Part shown: piece after piece, positions 1 through 12,129 of the stretch
Numbering within the stretch: position 1 is the stretch's first letter
Layout: each line of letters begins with the position of its first letter
Source of the DNA: Raillietiella orientalis
Lineage: Eukaryota
Assembly: GCA_036172245.1 (NCBI GenBank)
Contig: JAYWIR010000035.1
Span: forward strand, 1,674,001 to 1,738,000
Reading direction: 5' to 3'
Length of the DNA stretch: 64,000 bases
Program-made: the position numbers and the translations under genes
Notes under the pieces: generated by a model
Told to the model about the DNA's origin: nothing
Databases searched by the model: none
The model's input: the letters and a program-made list of their open reading frames with translations, nothing else

Positions 1-2989
1 ACAAACAAACGCCCAGAGGGCCACGCCACGGTTCATCCACGCTTCCCATCCACACACGAAATCGCTGGGAAAATGGTGATCTGCCTTTTCAGGCGACCTT
101 GCTCCGAAATGAAAAGGCTATTTGTTTTGCTTCACCAATACGTGCACTCGCACTCTGGGAAACACCCTTTTCGAAAGTAGGCGATGAAATCTTTCTGGCG
201 ACGCATGGCAGCGGCACCAGAACACGACGTACGCAGAGCTCCGAAGCAAAGGAAAGTAACACGAAATTTTCCATCGGGCCAAGGAGGAGCAGTCAAGACG
301 CACGCTGTCATTAACGCCTGTTTTCGGATGATCAAGAGAAATGGACAAAGGAAACCCAATGGGAAGGCAGATTTTACAGAAATGAGGAAAGAGCACGAGG
401 TAAGGTAACCTGGAAAGAAACTGCAGGGGTATAGAGGTCGCCAAAACTGGTTTCTTAGGTAGTTTTCATGGAGGTTTCTGCTTTCATGAAACCAGGTGGT
501 CTTGGCAGCTCAAAGACACAGGAGAACCCCAGCACAAACGCTCCTTTATTCATTTTTCATAATCCCCGTAGGGAGACACTCGGGACTTCTCTTGGAAGCA
601 GGTGGATGCATGGAGCTCCGACTGCACTCGGGGCAGCAGATTAACAAGAATGGTGATCACTAGGGCAGATTCTGCATGGAAGGTTGTGAAATGGCACTCC
701 GCAATCAATGATTTCTCCAATCTCTTTCCACCTCTTCTCTTGGAGAAATGAATCTACAGATACCACTGAAGGTACCGCTTTTGGTTGTATGCGCTTCTGT
801 TGATTTTTCTTGATGCTGGTGCTGATTCAGACGACGCGTTCGCTTGTTCCAGATCACACTGGAATGAAGGGTTGTTTATGGCCCTACCATCATGACTAAG
901 GCAGGTTAACAGGTGCTAGGTGCTTTGGTTTTCTTAACCGTGCATCGGTCCAAACAGCAAAAGGATGTTGCTAGATGACCGCTTAGCTTCAGCATCGATA
1001 GAACGTTGTCAAGTGATTAGATATAGCTTTATCCAAAAGGGTTGTTTCCTGCAGCAACGAAGGAATTCAAGAATCACATCACATGTGCTCCGCTTCTTCG
1101 AGATCGTATAACAGTGGCAGAGATACTGAAGTGGTTTTTAGAGTGCTTAAGAGAGCGACGTGTTCTTCTCGTGAAGATATTATTTCATTCTTGGGAATGG
1201 ATTTCGCTCGTTTCATCTACCTGCTGCAAGGTTCCAGCCCATATCAAGCACCCGATGCGATCGCCGATCGCTGCTAACCAAAGACATCAGACACGCAAGG
1301 TACTGCCAATGAGTCGATGAGCTCTTGCTTTCGTTTGCTGCAACTGAAGCATACGAATTCAGCAGCATTCAATTGGAAAGAAGGCATCCGCTGAGAACGA
1401 CACCTCCAGTGTGCAACTGCTTGGTGAGCCATGTTTACGTTTTATTTCATTCCTCCGGTGGGATTTTCATCCCCAGCTTCTCAACTGCCCTGCGTAAACG
1501 AAATCACCCTGATGGCAGTCGATTCTTTTGAAACAAGGAAAAAACAGCATCTGCTATCGGGAATGATATATGGAAGGCTCGTCGCTTCGATGGCGTGGCA
1601 AGAGCTTTTGCCGAGGAGAGACCAGAACATCCTTTAGACTCAGCAACGCGAATCGAAGAGGCCTTCCGGCTCGTACAGTCCATCAGGCACGGGACTGGCA
1701 ATCCTTCAGCGAAGAGCAAGCCGCCTGGAAAGCAACCTTTAATTCGATTTGCTTTGTAGAGGCCTCTCTGTTTGTTTGCGTCCGCCTACGACTGCGTCGG
1801 CGACGATGGATTCGGACTTCACGACGGACTGCAGCCATAAATCTTCCCCAATGTGACGTCGAAGATACGGGATTTCCGCGGTGGGATATGCTTTTTTTAG
1901 GTTTCGGATGCAATGCACAGAGAAAACGCACGAAGGATCTTCTCAAGGCACGCTCGGCTCGAGGTCGGAACGGCTTGATGGTTTTAAAGCGCTCGCTTTT
2001 TGGTTCAATAAGACATCATAGCTTTCTTCTTCTTGGAGCAGTTGGCGTCCTGGGCTCTTGCCGTCTCCTACTCAACACGAGCACTCGCTACCTCAGTCTT
2101 CATGTCTTTCTGGAAGGGTTTCTCTCTTGTATCCCCGTCGCCACGTACAGATCATCATCATCGCATGGTAGCTAGCAGTGCTGCCAGTCTCGGTGGCAAG
2201 TTCCTTTTCGAGATTCGGTCGGAATACGCTGTCTCTAAACCTGGGCCAGACTTTCGGGTGCTATGGACGCTGCTCCTTCAGCTATCCACGGAGACCAAGC
2301 ACATGACCACCAATGGAAACGGGAGTAAAAGAGCTGCTTCCGCGACAGAGGTCTCTTTTGTAAGATCCTCAAGAGGAAAAAGCGATGTTGAAGAAAAGGA
2401 GTGACCAGAAAGCCGTGCAATGAGGAGCAGATGCGAAGAATCCCTGATTCATTCCATCCTCCTCAACCATTGTCCGTGAGCAGGTTGTGGAAGCTGACAA
2501 ATTCTGCGTCAAGAGTTTTTCCTTCATTCCGCTCCGTAGTAGAGTGGCATCGACGCAGCCACGATACAGTCACTGTCAGGTCTGACAGCCGGAGTCATTC
2601 CCATCAGTAGACTGGGTTCACTCTGAGTGGACACTAGCGCATCCCACTCCAGTGCGAGCCTCTAGGAAGGTGGCGCAAAAGCTACACAGTGTCAAGCATG
2701 AGGCAAACTTTCGAGGAGTTTCTCTGTCGGACACGACTCGCCGAAGGAAGTAGGGATTGCTTCGCAGGGTTGTTGAGACGCAAGACCTCAGATGCATCCG
2801 TTCATCAGGATTCAGCTTTCGAAGGGACTTGTGAATGCCGATTGGTAGCAGATTCCGCTATCTGCTGAAGAGGATGCAAACATGCAGGATCAATGGGGTG
2901 AATTGTTTCAGCATGCAGAAAAAATAATGCGAGAACAAACGTTGGGAGAACAACGTCTGGACCCGAACCAAATGGTTCAGTTTTTTTTT

Positions 2990-4140
2990 CTTTTTTTTTA
3001 AAGAAAAAAAAAAAAAAAGAAAGACAAACATCTTAACAACAGTACCTAAGACGTGTTACAGGTGCGCGCCCAAGAACTCAACCTATGCCCCCCAGAACGA
3101 CGAATCCATAGGTGCTAGTGGATTAGAGAACCGTCCTTCTTGCATCGGCTCAATCTTGATGGACAGACGAGCGGACTCTATTTATGCCTCAGGGAAATTT
3201 CCGAAGCCACGTGCGACACTGCAATTTTCCATGCCTAAGATGAATGCCATGAGCGTGCCGCGGTTGCACACTCTCGAGAACGCAGATACTGCTCCATCGA
3301 TGATGACCGGCAGTTTACGCGCTTTTCGAGTCGCTGGCCAGGAGATAAAAAGCGTTTCGGCTTCCCCCTTTCCCCATTCCAAGTTAAGAATCCTTGGGGA
3401 ACAGCTGCATCTTCAAAGATCTCCGACCATTGTAGATGACATGGTGAATTTCACGCAGAGTAGGTCACTGAAGTCACGGGCATCTGAGAATACACGAACA
3501 CTTAGGGTTCCAAAAAACCAGAATCCCATTCTACATGGTGCCTGGGGACCTGAGCGCTTGCAATGTGCTCCTGGACGGAACAAAACAATGTTCGAGGTAT
3601 TTGGGCGTGAAAGGAAAACGGGGCTCTGCGAATTTTCAAGTCTGGTGCCGCAAATCAGGTTCCCCTCTTGGCCTTTGCTTGCAGCCTCAAGAGAAAAAAC
3701 ATTCGCTCCTCAGAGGGCAAAGTCCGTGCTGCAAAGGAGAAGGTCCCGTTTTCGATTGAATTGAAGAATTTTTGGCCAGGAACGAGGATGAGCCCCAGAA
3801 AGCACGCTTCCCCAAATGTATGTGGGCAACATCGGAAGGAACCGTGATTCGGAAGCATCAGGTGAAGGGATGCTGCTCGTTAGACCTGGCACGGTGAATC
3901 GGGAACCGCGTTTCTCAGATCGGACGTCTCCATCGCAGAAAGGGAAGAAATGCTCGAGGAATACGACAACGCTCCAGAATGAGAGGGAGACGGAACTCCA
4001 GTCCCCCGGACTGGGAGGGACGAACACGCGACACCTGAGTTCGGTCGGGCGGGTCTCCCCCGACTGTTGCGTAATTTTCAGCGGCTGCCCGTGAGATGTG
4101 GGGTGGGTTCCTTGGGGGTCCCGATTCCTTGCATCGATGA
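2990..4140 (-). mobile_element. Possible LINE 3' fragment
   Basis: A-rich tract at ~3000 (T-rich on minus) lies downstream of a frame with AFSRVCNRG, a weak match to the family LCCIRG motif. Confidence 0.25.
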
Positions 4141-4149
4141 ACGCGAAAG

Positions 4150-4810
4150 GGGGGCGCTCGTGAAAGCAGTCGAAGGAGAAATTGATGTGTTGACTGGACG
4201 GCTGTTTGCAGCTTGTTAACATCAGAGACTTTTCACTCCGAAGCTTCGTGTAGAAACAGCTGGATGAAAACTCCACTCCGTCCCCCTAAGTGCTGCTCTT
4301 GCCTTTCCAGATTCCACCTATTTGTTTGCTATCCGTGGGTTACTCTCGCCGCGGAATTGTTTCCACCCATTTTTTTGTCTTTTCTTCAACTTTTTTTTTT
4401 TTTTTAACGCTCTAGACAGCGGGGGTGCTGTGCTAAATCAAGATGACCGGGTCAGGGTGTCATCAGTGAGAAACGGTTGCATACCTCTTTGCGGAGGACT
4501 TCGGTAACAGGCTGAAAGTCGAGCTAAAAGCAGCACGGTGCGAAATGCGACACACATCCTGCGGGAGGGGGGGGGATCCAAGATTACGATTACCACGAAA
4601 CAGAATCTCAACAAAGATGGAATTTCGTCGCTTCACTGGAAGTGCAGGGAAGGGACCTGAGGCTACTCGACGACACATACGCTTCGCGTGTCAAATGACT
4701 CTCGGAGGGGCGCTCCTCCAGTCGGCAGTGGCGATTAACGTGAAGACGCGCGAGGGGTTGGGTAGCACGGGTCGCCGATGAAACAAAATTCAACACAATC
4801 TGCCGAGGTG
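4150..4810 (+). mobile_element. LINE ORF2 C-terminus and 3'UTR fragment
   Basis: LFAIRGLLS...DSGGAVL matches ALCCVRGVVAA...SDGGTVL of the 63.1 kb copy; ends in a CCGAGGTG terminus-like motif at ~4803-4810. Confidence 0.45.
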
Positions 4811-6849
4811 CGTGTGTGAGCTACATCTGAACGAATTTGTCTTCCATTACTGATGCTCCCCGGACGCTCGAGCGAAACGAAACTTGCTATTCAATCTACT
4901 GTCAGAGTAAACAAGATGAGAAAAGGCTCTTCTTGCATCTTCGAAAATGAATGAAACGAAAGAACCGTGTGGCGTCTTTCGTATTTAAGCGTCTTTAACG
5001 CTGGCTCTCTGGACGCATCTCCAGCAGCGTGACCAGGACGTTGTTACGATTGTCGCTAAAAAACGGGAAAGGAGCACCACTGTTGCTGCTCCGATGGATG
5101 CAAACATCTCCAGAAGAGCTGGACTTTGGAACAAAATAAAGAACATTTAGGAAGGCTCCAGAGAAAAATCATTGCTTTGCATCGGAACCATGAAGACTGC
5201 ATCTGCTGAGAAGGGAGTAGACACGGCGTTCAGTTCCATAGCAACAGACAGGAAGCCTCCTTTTTTAACAAACTCTGGTTTCGTTTACAAGGATAGCCTT
5301 CGAAACGATTATCCTGTGAAAACCCAAGAGTCGAAGACAATGGGATCCAGTTTCGCTTTAATAACAAGAAATGAAGGCGTTGTTGTTTTAAGAGCGTTCT
5401 AAATTTCCTCGAGGATGCTGAGTGCACGAACTAGGAAAGAGATGAGGGAAAGCAAGCCACCATCCCTCCTTCGCCTGCCTCTTTGGCTTTTCTTCGACTC
5501 CCGCTGTTCTGTACCACAAGGACTGCTTGGGAAAAGCTCACTTTTCCAAATCAAAAGCAATCGTATAGCCCCGATCCGGAGGATCAGTTCCTGCTTTACA
5601 ACAGACTGCCAAAGAGGTTACTTGGACCTGTGGGAGCTCCTTGACGTCTCTGTGAGAAGCAAGGGAATTTCCGTGTTGATATGCACACTGGATAGGATGG
5701 CGAAAATCTCGCCGCCATTACCCGGACGGAGCAGCTCACGTGCAGTTTCGATCCGTACTTTTAAAAACCTCGTCCACCAACATACGTACAGATGCACGTA
5801 TATCTCTTTGCTGGCTTTGCACTGGTACTGGCTCCATTTCAACGGCAACGATGACCGAGTTTTGCTTAATGGAAGAATAGGTTTCCTTCGTTTTCAGAGG
5901 CAAACACGAACCAAACAACGGAGCACTCTTCCTTTCCAGAGCGAATTTCGACAGGGAAGGAGGGAGAGAAGGGGGGTGGGGGAAGGGAGAGAATGAGTTT
6001 CATTCATTTATTTGTTTTTCCGCTGGAGAGACGGAACGATTCAGGTGATGGTCACAATCTAAGCTTCTTCTGTCTTCTTAAGTCACACCCAGTCCACAGG
6101 CAATCCCACCAGCATGTATTCGCTAGCGGAAGCGCGATCATTTGATCATTTTCGGAAGAGATGGCAGATCTGATCAAACTGCTGATTCTCAGCCAGCATT
6201 CGAATCTACATACTTGTTGAACACGGTGCATGTAAATGAGATTTTCCCCTTTTCGCCACCCTTCATTAAACAAACTGAGAACGTACCTTCTAATTTCCCC
6301 TGCAAATTCTCAAACCATTAAAAGTGAATATTAAATTTCAAGAGCAAACACCCGAAAGTACAAAGTCGTGTATGCATTTCATGCAGCATGCATGCTGTGA
6401 ACTGCTTTACATCAATTCGCCATGTACCTGTATCTCTTCGGATACCCGAAAATCAAGTCTAAAATTATTATTTTTTTATTTTGAAAATTATTTCGATACA
6501 CAAAGGAAGCGATCCCGATATGAAAATTCGCTTCTTTTAACACTTTGCTCATTGACAGTTTTCAACACGATATAGTAAATAATATATGCGACCCTGAAAA
6601 AAAAGTGCTATATAGGGGGGGAGTGCTTTGTTTTATTTTTTTGTTGGTCTTTTAAAAGCTCGCCAAATTCAATCCAATAGCCCAATCGCAATCAAATGCC
6701 AACTCGAATTGATCAAAATATTCAGGAATCGAATACGCTCTTCGGCTGATGAGGACCACATGATCGATTCGTCAAAGGCAAGGAAGTGGCTGAGTAGAAT
6801 TCTCGGTTTCGTAGAATTCAGTTTTTCCTTTCGCCTTGCGCGCATGCAA

Positions 6850-7250
6850 TGATAATCGTTCACAGCATTCCTTTGGCATCAAGTATAGCATGGATCAAGG
6901 GGGCGAAAGGAATGTGTGTGCGTGTATTAGCAATAACATACTTGGCAAGCCTGCTTTCATTCAAATCGATTGTCCGCGGACCAACGGAGTCGCCACAGCT
7001 CCTCTCAGTGCAAGTACACAATCCAAAACGATAAGCGGGCGATTCGTGCTTACGAAGTGTTTCCGAACGTGTCCGGACACTACGGAAAGGTGGGACCGAA
7101 AGATCAAGAACTTTCTACGGGCCACCACCAACAGCCGTGGATGAAGAGCCAGAGGCCGCTTACTCGAATGCTGCAACGGCAGGACTAGGAGGGGGGAAGC
7201 ATGGAAGTTTTTCCATGATCATTCATCACCGAACGTTACTGAAGTCTGGA
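6850..7250 (+). mobile_element. LINE RT C-terminal (thumb) fragment
   Basis: RVLAITYLASLLSF...WDRKIKNFL...EGG across frameshifts follows the L1/Tx1 order GR..L...L.S / .RNFLW / P..GGLG. Confidence 0.4.
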
Positions 7251-7819
7251 CCGTTTCGACACAACAAAAGCAAATTTCGGGCTTACCTTGCGGAAAATGC
7301 GCTTATCTCTGGAGAAAAAAAAAAAAGAAAAGGAAAATACAAAGTATACGAACCTCCTCCATCTTTGATTTGGAAGCTTTTTTTTTTTTTCCTCTTTCTT
7401 CTGTCCCTCGAGGTGGAGGGAAGGGAGGGGAGGGGAACAACAAGCCCGTTCACCCCACCGAAGAGCGCATCAAGTGGGAAACACACCAGGTCAGACACGG
7501 AATCGAAATCCAAAGTTCAGGCGTGCACAGGCACCCGATCCCGCGTCCTGGTTGCTTGGAAACCACCGCATACCAATCGGGGCGCTCGCGCGCTCGCGGA
7601 ACGCCAGTCGCACCGCGCGCACGTGAGAACTCGGTCTCGGTTTCGCAGCCGATTGCGATACCCTCGCCTGCTGCGGACGCTGGGCCGGTTCCGCCGAAGC
7701 AATTAACAGAGATTTGTGCAAGGAGGAGGGGGAAAGAGTGGGAGAGAGGAACGCGCGCGCTTTCTCACTCGCCGGGGGGAAGAAAAGGAGAGGAAGAAGA
7801 AAAGAGAGGGAGAGAGAAC

Positions 7820-8500
7820 CGGACGACCTTGTGTCACCCGCGGCGGTGGCGGCACTCCTCTCCCGATTGTTGCCCGGACTCGAGGAGGGAGCCCGCCGGC
7901 AGATGGCGGCGCTGCGAGAGGGAGGAGGAGCAGAGAGAGGGCGGCGACGCGCCGACCGGAGCGCGAGAGGACGCGCCAGGCAGTGACGGAAGCAGCACTG
8001 CGACGGGCACCGCTCTCCCTCGTGCTTGGACGAAGCGGGGAGGGACATCCGGCCGGGACCCTTCTGCGGACCTGCTGCCCGCCGCCTTCAGGAAGGGAGG
8101 AAGGCTCTCCCTGGACCCACTGCCGGAGACGCCCCCTCGGCCTTATCGCCCGTCCCCTTCCGGCGCTCCCGCTCGGCGCGCCCCGCTTGCTGTCAGCGCC
8201 TCGCTTCCCGGTGGGATCGGCGGAATTCATTTCCCGGCGGTTCCTGGGGGAAGCGATGGGTCGATCTCGGGGGAGGTCGGATGGAACGTGGGACCGGCGT
8301 CGCCGCACCCGGAGACAGGAAAGCCCTCCGAGCGTTCTTAACGCGCTACGGCGAGCGTCTCCAGGGCAACGCCCAGGAGGGCAGACCACACCATCCGCGA
8401 GGCACCGCAGAGCGACCTCCGGACAGGTCACCGCCTGAATCGAGAGGTCGCTCGTGGCGGGGGCCACCGACAAGGGCGCGCGCATGACCCCCTCCATAGG
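7820..8500 (+). mobile_element. Tyrosine recombinase remnant, DIRS/Ngaro-type
   Basis: NSFPGGSWG...PGDRKALRAFLTRY (8224-8350) resembles HSFRxG...GDWxSxA..Y. It is followed by GCGCGCGCATGAC (8476-8488), which is shared with the 41.9 kb element. Confidence 0.4.
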
Positions 8501-8699
8501 GGGATTCGCTAGGGGGGGGGGGTGAAGGGGACCTATGCCTTGAGCCTTTCTTGGTCCGGAAACACCTCCGATGGAGCGCTCAGAGTAGGCGGCAGGAAGA
8601 GGCAAAGGGACGGCGCCGAGGGTGTGCGCGGTCGGCAAACCCGGCGCGCGCCATCAGTGGCGCCGCGGAGCGGCCCAGGCGGGGGGGAGGACAATCTCC

Positions 8700-9270
8700 A
8701 CTTCCGGAGGACTCGCGCACCGGGACCACAGTCTTTCTCCTCAAACTGCCCCAATCCCCACTTCCCCCCCCGGTTCCGTCCTGCATCCATCTGCGCGCGC
8801 ACAGGGGCCATTCCACCCCGGAAGGATCAGCGGCGCCCCTGCCCCGCAGACCGACCTCCGCCGCCTCTTCAGTGTGAGTCAGGTCGCGGGCGAGCGAGGG
8901 GCGCCTCGGAGGTGCTCGAGCGACCCCCGCGAGAGGTGAACGGCACCCTTCCCTCCCCTACGTGCTGCCGAGGAAGGGAAGGAGAGGCTCCAAGGTGAGG
9001 TGGAAGAGCGGCCAACGCGAAGGTGGGAAGGGGGAGACCTCGGTCGCGGGGCCGTCGCAGACGGGAGCCAGGCGTGCGGTGAAGCCATGTTGGTGTTGGG
9101 AGTCGCCAAGCGACCGGGAGGCAGACCTCGAGCACGTGGCGGCGGTGCCTCGGGGCACGCTTTTCCCACGGGCGCCACCCGCCACTTTCCGGAAGGAAAG
9201 GCGTGCCCCTCCTGAGAGTGCGGGTCTCCCGGAGCGACCGCATCCACCTGCGAGCGCAGACGCGGACGGC
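8700..9270 (+). mobile_element. Tyrosine recombinase remnant, DIRS/Ngaro-type
   Basis: RKDQ (~8820), then SGHAFPTGAT (9150-9179, cf. SGHSFRxGAAT), then SRSD (cf. W.SD). Confidence 0.45.
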
Positions 9271-12129
9271 TCGCCTCCGGGTCGGGCCGGGGCGACCGGC
9301 CGACCTCCGCAGGACCGCAGAGACGCGGATGCAGATGAGGCTTCACTCCTGGGAGAGCGCGCTCCGAGACCGGCCCGGGTCTGCCCTTCCTCACCTCCCC
9401 CTCTTCCTCCAGGCAGCGGGAAGAAAACTGAGGAGATTCGAGGGAGACTTTTTCCCCCCTCTCCTAGGGCCGCCGGTCGGACCTGTCGCCTCCACCACCA
9501 GAGGGGCCCTTAGAGGGGTCGGCCCTCCACGTTCGCGGGGGACCAGTCGGCGTGTCCCGGGCTGCGCCTGCGGGGAGCAGGGGCGCGCGTCCCAGGGCGG
9601 CCTACCACTCGCAGGATCACGGGCCGCGCGGTGGGCTCATGAGTCTTCCTACGCATCACGGACCCCCCCCCTGCGCCCGCTTGTAGGCTGCGAGCGGCCG
9701 GGAAGGGGAGGGAGGGGGCAAAGCCGTTTGCATGCTTGAGATCCCGTGAAAGCGAGGCACGGTCGTGTGAGTTGAGGACCGGACCGTCGCCCCCGCACTT
9801 TTTCTTCCCGGAGACCCCGTTTACGTGGGCCAGGAAGGGTGTCGCATTCGTTGGTGGAGGCGTGGAAGTGGGCGACCCGCGGAGCCGGCGCGATCCCCGG
9901 GGCTCCACAGTATCGACTGCCTCGAGGAAGAGCTGCTGCGAGTGGTGGTTCCGGGTTCGAGGCGGGGCAGGGGGGAGGGAAGGAGCTAAGGGAGAAGGAG
10001 ACCTTTGGCACGGGTCAGAGCAAAGGCCGAAGCGCGGGACTGTAGGTCTTCGAAGACCCCGGATGCAGAAACATCCGGCTGCATCATCGTCCAGGGGACA
10101 CCGAGCAAATGAGTCAATGCACGGGAAAAGGTCCGAACTTCGTCTGACCTGAATCCTCGGGCGCCAAGCCTCGTGGTGGGCAGTGCGTGGGAGGAAGGGA
10201 GTGGTGGGAGTAGCGCCGCGATGACAAGAGGGCAAAGACAAGAGAGATAAGGGGACGGGTCTGTCTCGTCACTTCTGACGGATCCCAGTATCCCGGGACG
10301 GCAAAGCAAGGGGAGGCGGAGGCAGTGGCTTCGATCCCGGATCTCCGTCCGTCCCGGAGCACGCGCGTTTTCTTTCGCTCTCGCAGCTCCGCGCTTGCTC
10401 GGGCCTCCTCCTTCCCGTGGGGCCCAGCCCTGAGATCGGAGAGTTCGGGAGAGCTGCAGCAGGGCTTCCTGGGGGAGAAAGGACTTCTGCCCACCTCGAA
10501 ACACCGTGGATGGGGGTCTGTTGCCCCAGGGCACTCCCGTCTGTGTGGCAACGATTCTCATGACCAGGAGTCCGCAATTCGCTGTCACCCGAGACGTGAG
10601 CGATTCGGCTGCTGAAGGGTCACGTGCTCTTCCCGATTCCCTCTCCTCCTCGAGAAAAAGCCGAGTCTCGCGGCTCTGGCAGCTTGGGCACCGGAAGATG
10701 ACGGACAGAGCTGGACATGAGCCCACTGACCATTTCCCAGAGACGTGGCTCAACTCAGCTTCCGCGCTGCTTTTCAGCGCGTCCTCGTACTGGGACTGCA
10801 GCTCCCGGATGCAGAAAAATCTGCTGGAGGTGCTGAGATTCTGTGGTCCGGCAGGCTCGCCACTGGCAGGGCCGGATGAGAGTATGCGAGACGCGATGGA
10901 CCGACAAGGGGCAAAGCTGGGCGGCTCCCCCGCTTCCTGGAATGAGCACCAGAGTATGTCCTTGGAAGGGAGGGATCCCATCGAAAGTCCCAGCGTGCTG
11001 TCGTCCGAGATGATCCATCACGAGCTGTTGATGGGGAGGAAGAAGGGAGGAAAGGGGTAAGACCCGATCCGGGAGCGCTCCGAATCACCGAGCCAAGCTG
11101 CCGCAGCAGCGCTGCCCAGGTGAAGATCGGAGGGGAGCCGGAGACGGCTGCGAGTCATCCGGTCCCACACGTTCACGCTCAGCTGCTGCCGGAGGGGGGA
11201 AGACGCGGAGCAGAGTGCCAGTGGGGTGACAGCTTCCGGAACGCATTTTTTTCCCCCTTCCGACCAGCTTCCTACTGGAGTTGCTGCTCGTCCTGAGCAT
11301 CCCTGAGGAGTGAAATCCAGGATCTCTCGCGGAGGGTCCAGGGAAGGGGAGGGAAGAGGGAAGAAGCATTTCTTCCCGGTAACCCCCCGGGGGTGGTCTG
11401 CGTGCAGGAGCCCGAAGTGTACCTACCCGACTTTTCTGATGCGGATAAGATGCCTTTCATCCCAGCGAAAGGGCTGGAGCAATAGGGCAAGGAGCATATC
11501 ATTGCGCCACCTGTTCGGGTGAGCGAGAAAGCACCCTCGTGGTGTTCACGCGACCTGCTCCTCGCGTTTGAAAAGGCGCGCGCATCTCCGTCCCTCCGAG
11601 CCCCAGAGGCATTCGTCAGAGCAATGTGGTCGGCGACTCCGGGAACCAGAGATCGCTGCTGGAATGCTCCTCCAGCCAGCGGTGAGTCTGTGTCCCGTTG
11701 CTTCCAGAGGGGGGAGGGGGGCCTTGGAAAGGATGACCCCGGCGCGCTGCGAGTCGATGTCGATCCCGGATGCGCCGTCCGCGCCGCCTTAGGACGGCGG
11801 TGAAATTCGCGTTGGTCCCAGGGAGAGACGCGCTCCCCGAAGCCGCAAGTTCCCCAAGAGAGGGGGATCACTTCGTGCTCTGAACAAATCTGTACCAGGA
11901 CGAGCGCAGCATTCCACGATCCGGAGACACTGCAGTTCCGTTCTTTTGCCTTTCCTTCGCTTTGGAAGCACCCGAAACGTCCTCGAAGCAGTGGTTTTGT
12001 CCTACGCGGCGCTCGTGCTCCAAACAGCTGCGCGTCTTCTTTTCGGTCTATCGGCGCTTCTTCGAGATGCAAAAAGCGTTTTTTTTCTTTTCTCGCGTGG
12101 GTTCGATCCTGCGCGTGAATGAGCTGCTG

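Larger units (their letters stand above)
405..6270 (-). pseudogene. Possible decayed multi-exon host gene, product unknown, interrupted by LINE fragments
   Basis: Lower-GC blocks follow minus-strand acceptor-like sites (ttgctgcag ~1050, ttacgcag ~1490, ttttcacag ~5312). They give protein-like frames broken by stops, e.g. RAVEKLGMKIPPEE*NKT*TWLTKQLHTGG and KGGFLSVAMELNAVSTPFSADAVFMVP. No family recognised. Confidence 0.3.
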
